DNA from: Candidatus Aenigmatarchaeota archaeon
GTDB lineage: Archaea; Aenigmatarchaeota; Aenigmatarchaeia; QMZP01
Direction of reading: 5' to 3'
Assembly (NCBI GenBank): GCA_038999435.1
Contig: JAVZYR010000011.1
Coordinates: 1 to 21,898 of the forward strand
Length of the DNA: 21,898 bases
Part shown: positions 9,588 through 14,927 of the stretch, one piece after another
Numbering within the stretch: position 1 is the stretch's first letter
Layout: the number at the start of each line of letters is the position of its first letter
Translations under genes and position numbers: made by a program
Notes under the pieces: generated by a model
What the model saw: only the letters and a program-made list of their open reading frames with translations
The model's database searches: none
What the model was told of the DNA's origin: nothing

Positions 9588-9895
9588 GGGCCCGTAGCTC
9601 AACTGGATAGAGCATCCGGCTTCGGACCGGAGGGTTGGGGGTTCGAATCACCGCTCTTTAGAGCTACCGCTTCAGGCTGTTGCCCACTTTGGTCGGTCTG
9701 TTAAAGTGGGCTTTGCAAGCTGAGCGGTGGAGCAGAAACCACCTGCAGGGCTCTTTAGAGCTACCGCTTCAGGATAGCCTATTGCCCACTTTGGCCAATC
9801 TGTTAAAGTGGGCATTGCAGGTATAGCGTGGAATAGAATTAGTTCACAAAGGTATCAAAAACTTTTATAAAAAGGAGAAAATCCTCCCGGGCCCA
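9588..9895 (+). tRNA. tRNA-Arg(TCG) with a 234-nt insert/intron in the T-loop (position 58/59); exons 9588-9646 and 9881-9895
   Basis: Joining the exons gives a 74-nt cloverleaf: GGGCCCG/CGGGCCC acceptor, GCTC/GAGC D-stem, TCCGG-CTTCGGA-CCGGA anticodon arm (TCG at 9622-9624), GGGGG-TTCGAAT-CCTCC T-arm, discriminator A. The junction can slide within the shared AATC. No encoded CCA. Confidence 0.9.
9653..9838 (+). repeat. Two diverged ~90-nt structured direct repeats inside the tRNA-Arg T-loop insert
   Basis: GCTCTTTAGAGCTACCGCTTCAGG at 9653 and 9750 (offset 97). Each is followed by TTGCCCACTTTGG-N4-TCTGTTAAAGTGGGC (GCCCACTTT/AAAGTGGGC stem) and a GCG(G)TGGA..AGAA end. Confidence 0.92.
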
Positions 9896-9913
9896 TTTTT
9901 AAATCTTCTTAAA

Positions 9914-10027
9914 GATGGGCAGCGTGCTGGTTTTCCCGCCCGAAGGCAGTACACACCAGTACGTGGAGGAGTTTAACTTCCGTGTTCGAAATGGGAACGG
10001 GTGAACCTCCTCGCTTTGGCCGCCCAA
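9914..10027 (-). rRNA. rrf: 5S rRNA, not linked to 16S/23S in this window
   Basis: Reverse complement reads TTGGGCGGCCAAAGCGAGGAGGTTCACCCGTTCCCATTTCGAACACGGAAGTTAAACTCCTC...GTACTG..GGGAA..CGCTGCCCATC. It has the 5S signature CCC.TTCCCATT.CGAACAC.GAAGTTAA and the closing helix TGGGCGGC/GCTGCCCA. Ends are approximate by a few nt. Confidence 0.95.
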
Positions 10028-10045
10028 TATATGATTGAGTTTTAG

Positions 10046-10075
10046 ATTTATAAAAATTTGCAAAATCTTTAAAAT
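10046..10075. promoter_or_regulatory. Back-to-back TATA-like boxes for 5S rRNA (-) and tRNA-Asp (+)
   Basis: ATTTATAAAAA (10046-10056) lies ~25 nt upstream of the 5S 5' end on the minus strand. CTTTAAAAT (10067-10075) lies ~25-30 nt upstream of the tRNA-Asp start. Confidence 0.55.
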
Positions 10076-10097
10076 AAAAAGTCCATTATTTTTATAT

Positions 10098-10205
10098 GCC
10101 CAGGTGGTGTAGTGGCCTAGCATAAGGGACTGTCAGGGCTTTTTAAAGGATACAGAAAAAGCCTGCAGAGCTCCCTTGACCCGGGTTCAAATCCCGGCCT
10201 GGGCG
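10098..10205 (+). tRNA. tRNA-Asp(GTC) with a 35-nt canonical 37/38 intron (10136-10170)
   Basis: GCCCAGG/CCTGGGC acceptor, AGGGA-CTGTCA^C-TCCCT anticodon arm, CCGGG-TTCAAAT-CCCGG T-arm. BHB: central helix CTGT/GCAG, bulges CA^G and AG^C, inner stem GGCTTTTT/AAAAAGCC. Confidence 0.95.
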
Positions 10206-10235
10206 TGAATTTATTTAATCTTGACAAAATTAATT

Positions 10236-10406
10236 ATGTTTAAAAAGAGAAAGAAGAAAGGGAATGATGCAGAAGGCATAGCATTTGTGGCATTCTTTTT
10301 TGTTGGCATGGCTATTGGTGCGGTTTTTGGAAGATGGGATGTGGGCCCGTTTCTCGGTTTGGCATTAGGATTCCTTGCAATGTTGTTCGTGCTTAAAGGC
10401 AAATAA
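10236..10406 (+). CDS. Small membrane protein (56 aa, two hydrophobic Gly-rich segments)
   Basis: ATG at 10236. Basic N-terminus, then GIAFVAFFFVGMAIGAVFG and VGPFLGLALGFLAMLFVL. Fills the gap between tRNA-Asp and marC. Confidence 0.7.
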   Translation: MFKKRKKKGNDAEGIAFVAFFFVGMAIGAVFGRWDVGPFLGLALGFLAMLFVLKGK

Positions 10407-10408
10407 AA

Positions 10409-10993
10409 TTAATATCCAAACCTTTCTAACAATCCTTCAATACCTCTAAAAATAAATTCAACTGCCATCGCAGCCAATAAAAAGCCTGTTACTCTTGATA
10501 AAATATCTAAAATATCATCGCCAAACAGCCTTTGTAAAAGTTCAGAATAGTGAAGCATGAGCCATGTTATAACTAAAACAAGCATAGAAGCAAGAATAGG
10601 TATGAAATAGCCATAATGCCCTGCTAAAATAACTATCGTCGTCATTGCCCCAGGCCCACATAAAAGGGGTGTGCCTATAACAATCCCTTTCATTTGTTTT
10701 GATGATTTGTTAATCCCGATATTCAGAATTGTTTGTATGCCCATGATAATCAATATCAGACCGCCTGCGATCTGAAATGCAGAGAAGCTTATCTTCATGA
10801 TGTCTAATATAATTACACCTAAAAACAGGAAAAATAAAAGCAGTCCACCCGCAACACTTACAGCGATAAATGCTTCTTTTGCCTTTCTTCTTTGGCTATA
10901 CCCTTTTGTTAACCTCAGAAATATCGGTATACTAAGAAATGGATCTATGACTATAAACATCGTTACAAATGATATGAGAAATTCTGAAAGCAT
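10409..10993 (-). CDS. marC: MarC-family integral membrane protein
   Basis: F.VIDPF..IPIFL.LT, G..IL...ISF.AFQIAGG.IL, PLL.GPGA.TT and R..G.LLAA.AVEFI..G motifs; about six hydrophobic segments. Confidence 0.93.
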   Translation of the reverse strand: MLSEFLISFVTMFIVIDPFLSIPIFLRLTKGYSQRRKAKEAFIAVSVAGGLLLFFLFLGVIILDIMKISFSAFQIAGGLILIIMGIQTILNIGINKSSKQMKGIVIGTPLLCGPGAMTTIVILAGHYGYFIPILASMLVLVITWLMLHYSELLQRLFGDDILDILSRVTGFLLAAMAVEFIFRGIEGLLERFGY

Positions 10994-11092
10994 GTATATT
11001 TTTAGTCATAATAAAATAAAGCCGTGTTGTGGTTATCAAAGCTTTATAAATCTTTGTATCTAATTTTTAATCATATTCATTACTTTTTGGTA

Positions 11093-11104
11093 AAAATTTA
11101 TAAA
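11093..11104 (+). promoter_or_regulatory. TATA-like box upstream of the HD-domain gene
   Basis: AAAATTTATAAA ~25 nt upstream of ATG 11125, compatible with a leaderless transcript. Confidence 0.5.
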
Positions 11105-11124
11105 TCTTTATGTCATTTTTATTT

Positions 11125-11952
11125 ATGGTAACATACCTTGTAGAATCTGGAAAAAGAATTTTGGATGAGATTTTGGCAGGCGGTAATATAAAGGATGATA
11201 TACTAGCAAATACTCCGCTAATAACCTCTATAAAAAATAGCATTGGAGCCAGGGCTGATATTTTAAAAGATTTTGTTGCATACAGCACTGAAGTTGATGC
11301 TATTTCAAAAATGTTAAAAGAGAATGACAGCTCTACTGCAGAGCATTCATTTGGGGTTGCTGAGATATGCGATGGTATGGCTGGATATCTTAATTTAAAC
11401 AGGGCAATTGCAAAAAATTCAGGTTTGTATCATGATTTCGGAAAACTTTTCATACCTGAAGGGATTAAAAATCAGGAGATGAAAACAGGAAAGGACATAG
11501 AGCCATTCGATTTGGAATTTGTTAGATATGGTCATGTTCTCATAGGCGAGGTTCTTGCAGTTCTTGGTGAGGTTGATGAACATCTTAAATATGCAATGGC
11601 ATACCATCATGATAAAAGAAATCATAAAGGCTATCCACATAAGGTATTCGAACTTCCAGATGAGACAAAGGCACTTCAGGTTGCTGATGCTGTTCAATAT
11701 AAGAATATTGTAAAAGTTGCAGATGTCGCACATGCTCTAACAGATAAAAACAGAAAAAATATGCAATGGTATAGAAGGAATGGTGTAGATATACAAAATA
11801 AATATGATGTTTTTGGTTTTTTAATCAAAGGTGTCTATGAAGGAGATTTTGAAGAAAAGTATGTCAATGCCTATCTAAAATTTGCAGGGCTTAAAGAGGA
11901 TGAAATAAAGGAGCTATATAGATTAAAAAGACCTGAAACAAACTATTTTTAA
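11125..11952 (+). CDS. HD-GYP-like metal-dependent phosphohydrolase
   Basis: T.EHS..VA, GLYHDFGK, H..IG..L, YHHDKRNHKGYP (variant of HHExxDGxGYP) and IVKVADV.HALT. Start placed at ATG 11125 (alternative 11110) from TATA spacing. Confidence 0.85.
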   Translation: MVTYLVESGKRILDEILAGGNIKDDILANTPLITSIKNSIGARADILKDFVAYSTEVDAISKMLKENDSSTAEHSFGVAEICDGMAGYLNLNRAIAKNSGLYHDFGKLFIPEGIKNQEMKTGKDIEPFDLEFVRYGHVLIGEVLAVLGEVDEHLKYAMAYHHDKRNHKGYPHKVFELPDETKALQVADAVQYKNIVKVADVAHALTDKNRKNMQWYRRNGVDIQNKYDVFGFLIKGVYEGDFEEKYVNAYLKFAGLKEDEIKELYRLKRPETNYF

Positions 11953-12119
11953 TGCATAGCTGTTAGCTTGCATGGATGGGCCCGTAGCTCAGCCAGGTTT
12001 GGCAAAACCCTGAAATGGTAGAGCACCGGGCTTTTAGCATCGGCTAAAAGCATGTTGAGGTCTGTTAAATCAGACCGATGGCAGAAAAGGTTGCATACCC
12101 GGGGGTCGCGGGTTCGAAT

Positions 12120-12213
12120 GAGCCCTTTCTTTCAAGAAGAAAGCGCTCGCGGAAAGAAGGAGCTAACCGCTTCCGATTTCAGAGCCTTTCTTTCAAGAAG
12201 AAAGCGCTCGCGG
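12120..12213 (+). repeat. Two ~32-nt hairpin direct repeats in the tRNA-Lys T-loop insert
   Basis: GAGC(C)CTTTCTTTCAAGAAGAAAGCGCTCGCGG at 12120-12152 and 12182-12213; each folds GAGC..CTTTCTT/AAGAAAG..GCTC. Confidence 0.92.
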
Positions 12214-12273
12214 GCACGCTTCTCCTGCTCCCAACAGAAGCGTGCGAGTAAGAGGGAGCTTACGCTTCCAGAG

Positions 12274-12402
12274 TGGAAGCGTTGTGGAGCGAAGCGAAAC
12301 AGCTCCCGGATGGCTGGAAACCTTGAGGGTTTCCAGAATGGAAGCGTTGTGGAGCGAAGCGAAACAGCTCCCGGATGGCTGGAAACCTTGAGGGTTTCCA
12401 GA
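12274..12402 (+). repeat. Tandem duplication with a 65-nt period (64 nt identical) in the tRNA-Lys T-loop insert
   Basis: TGGAAGCGTTGTGGAGCGAAGCGAAACAGCTCCCGGATGGCTGGAAACCTTGAGGGTTTCCAGA at 12274-12337 and 12339-12402. Contains hairpins GGAGC/GCTCC and CTGGAAACC/GGTTTCCAG. Confidence 0.95.
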
Positions 12403-12421
12403 GAGAATCCCGCCGGGCCCA

Positions 12422-13105
12422 TTAAAATATTTTCAAAATTTCACCTAACTCAGAAACTTCATAATCAGCCTTTCCTTGTTTATTTTTATATTTTCCTTTT
12501 AGAATGCGAATCCCGGTCATCCCAACATTCATCGCACCCTCAACATACTCTGGCCTGTCATCGCAGTGAGCAGCATTGCAGGCATAAATACCCATACTCT
12601 CAAGGGCTATTTTGTAAATTTCTGGTTCTGGTTTTTGGTAGCCAACGCGCTCAGAAATTATTACATATTCAGGTCTAAAAAAACAGTCAAGTTCGAGTAA
12701 AATAAGTTTATACCATTGTTTTTTTGTTATGCCATTGGATATTATGCCAAGTTTAACATTTTTTGATTTTAGCTCATCAAGGGTTTTTTTCACATCAGGA
12801 AATGGTTCAAGCTCAACAAATTTTTTCAAATGATATCTATAAACAGCACTCATCACTGCAGGATAGAATCTCGGGTCTTGTTCCGAAATACACAATCTTT
12901 TCAGCACATCATCAAAGAGCAAGTCATGGTTTGAGCCATTTTCGGAAAGCACAGCTTTTGTTTCATTTTTTAATTTTTCCATGTCTATTTCAGGGAAATA
13001 TTTTTGAAGTTGCTCAAGTCCGGTCAATCTTGCGTTTTCAGAAAAACCCGTACTATCATACAATACATCATCAATATCAAGGAATATTCCCTCTATCCTC
13101 CCCAT
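12422..13105 (-). CDS. HAD-superfamily hydrolase (subfamily IA, archaeal TIGR02253-like)
   Basis: Motif I FLDIDDVLYDS, PFPDV..TL..LK, motif II IISNG...KQW.KL, motif III KPEPEIY, motif IV CDDR...V.GA..VGM. Start placed at the ATG ending at 13105. Its stop abuts the tRNA-Lys 3' end. Confidence 0.92.
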   Translation of the reverse strand: MGRIEGIFLDIDDVLYDSTGFSENARLTGLEQLQKYFPEIDMEKLKNETKAVLSENGSNHDLLFDDVLKRLCISEQDPRFYPAVMSAVYRYHLKKFVELEPFPDVKKTLDELKSKNVKLGIISNGITKKQWYKLILLELDCFFRPEYVIISERVGYQKPEPEIYKIALESMGIYACNAAHCDDRPEYVEGAMNVGMTGIRILKGKYKNKQGKADYEVSELGEILKIF

Positions 13106-13199
13106 TGTTAAAAATAGCAATAAATTTTAAATTTGGTAGATCCCATAAAAGTGGGAAAAGTTTAAAAATCCTTAATATTATTATTTAAATCTGCATATT

Positions 13200-13592
13200 A
13201 TGAGAAACTCGAATGTAACAAGATTGGACCAGAAAGGCAGGATTCTTATCCCAAACCACATAAGAAAAGACCTAAAGATGGAGAATGGTACAGAGATAGT
13301 TATAATACCCGATGGTGGAAAGAATGAAGCAAGAATTCTGCCTTTGTTGAAGGGCAAAACAATCAAATTCAGATTTCTCATTTCAGATATCCCTGGTTCT
13401 TTGGCAACCATCGCATCAATACTTGGAGAATATAATGTTAACATTGTTTTATCAGAATCGAGGACATTGGTGAAAAACAAACTTGCAGAATGGGATATTA
13501 TAGCTGATGTTTCTGAATGTAGAGATCTAAACAAACTAAAGGATATTCTTATGAGATCATCACTAATAAAAAATATGGAGATATTGAAATGA
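13200..13592 (+). CDS. AbrB/MraZ/SpoVT-type DNA-binding domain fused to an ACT domain
   Basis: N-terminal RLDQKGRILIPNHIRKDL (swapped-hairpin signature); C-terminal ISDIPGSLATIASILGEYNVNI (ACT signature D.PG.L..I...L....VNI). Confidence 0.85.
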   Translation: MRNSNVTRLDQKGRILIPNHIRKDLKMENGTEIVIIPDGGKNEARILPLLKGKTIKFRFLISDIPGSLATIASILGEYNVNIVLSESRTLVKNKLAEWDIIADVSECRDLNKLKDILMRSSLIKNMEILK

Positions 13593-14554
13593 TAAACATA
13601 AAAAAAGGCCTTAAGGAATATGCAGAAAGAGGAAAAATTGCAATAGCAAGTGGGGATAATTACGGACCTGCTATATCAGCTTTGTATGCAATCGGCATAG
13701 AATTGTACGGCTGTTATATTGAAAATGACAAAGAGATATTTAAAAAACTTACAGGAAATGAAACAAAAAATAGAAACTATTCTTCTTCCACAAAGCATGG
13801 AACGGAAAGCAACATACAGCCACCTCGTGCATATTTTGAACCAAACGATGAAGGTCCATTTATTCCTATCATTCCACCTCAAGACTTTCCAAACTATATG
13901 AAATCTAAAAGATTAGAAATTGTTGTTGGTGCTGGTTATGATATTCAGATAAATGAGTGTAGAATAAAAAATCCCCCATTAAATGGCAAGTTTAAGGACC
14001 CAAATGAATGGGATGAGGTAATGGAAAAAGGGCTATTAAAAGCAAAACAAATAGGTGTAAATCTCAATCAGAAGCCTGTAATGTTCCCTTTGCTAGCTTA
14101 TAGAAAGACAGGCGCAGATGAATTAAAAGATTTGAAATGCAAGAAAAAAATAGAAGCGCTTTCAGAATTTCCTCATATTTTTGAGGAATTTTGTAAAGAA
14201 AAGGGCATACCTTTGAGCAATATGGTGAAGGTTTATGGAAGAGCAGAATATCAGCTTGGGTCAGGATTTGCACATATAGGGACTGATATAGTTGAGACTG
14301 GAAACAGTATATTAGCGGATATAGAGAGAATAAGAATCATATATGATAATGGAGAGCCTGTCGTGATTATGTATTCTATGCCATGGCTACTGACAACCTT
14401 AAAAGAATACAATGCCAATAGGGCATTCTTTAATGCACTTTTTAATGAGATGAAAAACGCCCTTAAAAATATTGATGTAAAGAATGAGATTGAAAAATTT
14501 GATAATTTTTTCAAAAAGTTCAAGGAGAAGGAAAAAGAATTGGGTTTAGAGTGA
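13589..14554 (+). CDS. hisG: Divergent ATP phosphoribosyltransferase (HisG)-like protein
   Basis: HisG motifs recognisable in order: KIAIASG (cf. IAlpKG), PQDFPNYM (cf. .DIP.YV), GYD...E, SEFPHI (cf. TKYP.I), VYGRAE (cf. L.GSVE), GFAHIGTDIVETGNSI (cf. GLAD.IVDIVETG.TL, PRPP loop). ATGA overlap with the upstream ORF. Confidence 0.7.
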   Translation: MINIKKGLKEYAERGKIAIASGDNYGPAISALYAIGIELYGCYIENDKEIFKKLTGNETKNRNYSSSTKHGTESNIQPPRAYFEPNDEGPFIPIIPPQDFPNYMKSKRLEIVVGAGYDIQINECRIKNPPLNGKFKDPNEWDEVMEKGLLKAKQIGVNLNQKPVMFPLLAYRKTGADELKDLKCKKKIEALSEFPHIFEEFCKEKGIPLSNMVKVYGRAEYQLGSGFAHIGTDIVETGNSILADIERIRIIYDNGEPVVIMYSMPWLLTTLKEYNANRAFFNALFNEMKNALKNIDVKNEIEKFDNFFKKFKEKEKELGLE

Positions 14555-14621
14555 AAAATTGAAAAAGAATTTAAACATCTCAAGATAAATATAAATCATT
14601 TAGGTGGGAAGTTTGTGGTAT

Positions 14622-14927
14622 ATGGCAAGGGTGAGTGAGCATATACTTGTTCCAAAACATGAGATTCTCTCTGAAGAGGAAAAGAAGCAACTACTTGAAA
14701 GGCTCATGGTCACAGAGGCAGGGTTGCCAAAGATATTTGTTGATGACCCAGCAATAAAACATCTGAAGCCAAAGATAGGCTCTGTGGTAAAAATAACACG
14801 AAACTCGCCAACAGCAGGGCAAGCTGTATACTATCGTGTTGTGGTCGAAAGGACTGCAATCGAAGAGGAAGAAGAGGCACTTGGTGAGGAAGAAGAGGTA
14901 GAAGAGGAGGGAGGAGAGACAGAATGA
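14622..14927 (+). CDS. rpoH: DNA-directed RNA polymerase subunit H (Rpo5) with acidic C-terminal extension
   Basis: HILVPKHEILSEEE, LPKI..DDP, VVKITRNSPTAG..VYYRVV; first gene of the RNAP operon. ATG 14622 preferred over GTG 14604. Confidence 0.97.
   Translation: MARVSEHILVPKHEILSEEEKKQLLERLMVTEAGLPKIFVDDPAIKHLKPKIGSVVKITRNSPTAGQAVYYRVVVERTAIEEEEEALGEEEEVEEEGGETE

Larger units (their letters stand above)
11978..12421 (+). tRNA. tRNA-Lys(TTT) with three intervening sequences: D-loop 11995-12015 (21 nt), anticodon 37/38 12037-12096 (60 nt), T-loop 58/59 12118-12406 (289 nt)
   Basis: Exons 11978-11994, 12016-12036, 12097-12117 and 12407-12421 join to the 74-nt GGGCCCGTAGCTCAGCCTGGTAGAGCACCGGGCTTTTAACCCGGGGGTCGCGGGTTCGAATCCCGCCGGGCCCA, a typical archaeal tRNA-Lys(UUU) with all four stems pairing. 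Confidence 0.9.

Noticed and set aside
9588..9895. Split (trans-spliced) or permuted tRNA
   Set aside because: The pieces are collinear, on the same strand and in normal order within a few hundred nt, so cis-splicing is simpler.
9899..10123. 74-aa minus-strand ORF
   Set aside because: Coincides with the 5S rRNA and the start of tRNA-Asp.
11952..11973. Hairpin ATGCATAGCT-GTT-AGCTTGCAT between the HD gene and tRNA-Lys as a terminator or splicing guide
   Set aside because: Short imperfect stem with no U-tract; only 5 nt complementarity to the anticodon-intron end, too weak to call.
12120..12402. CRISPR array interpretation of the repeats in the tRNA inserts (also 9653-9838)
   Set aside because: Only two copies of each repeat, no regular repeat-unique spacer periodicity, no cas genes, and the repeats lie within tRNA genes.
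9588..12421. Integrated element bounded by att sites, since the two tRNAs share GGGCCCGTAGCTCA and CCGGGCCCATT
   Set aside because: The shared ends are normal for archaeal Arg/Lys tRNAs. The enclosed DNA holds 5S rRNA and tRNA-Asp, and there is no integrase or duplicated tRNA 3' half. The 4-nt AATC/GAAT junction redundancy is compatible with BHB geometry, though a target duplication cannot be fully excluded.
12052..12678. 208-aa plus-strand ORF and 96-aa minus-strand ORF (12132-12422) across the tRNA-Lys insert
   Set aside because: They overlap tRNA exons and the antisense of the HAD gene, have no recognisable motifs (no LAGLIDADG, HNH or RT), and are explained by stop-poor GC-rich hairpin repeats.
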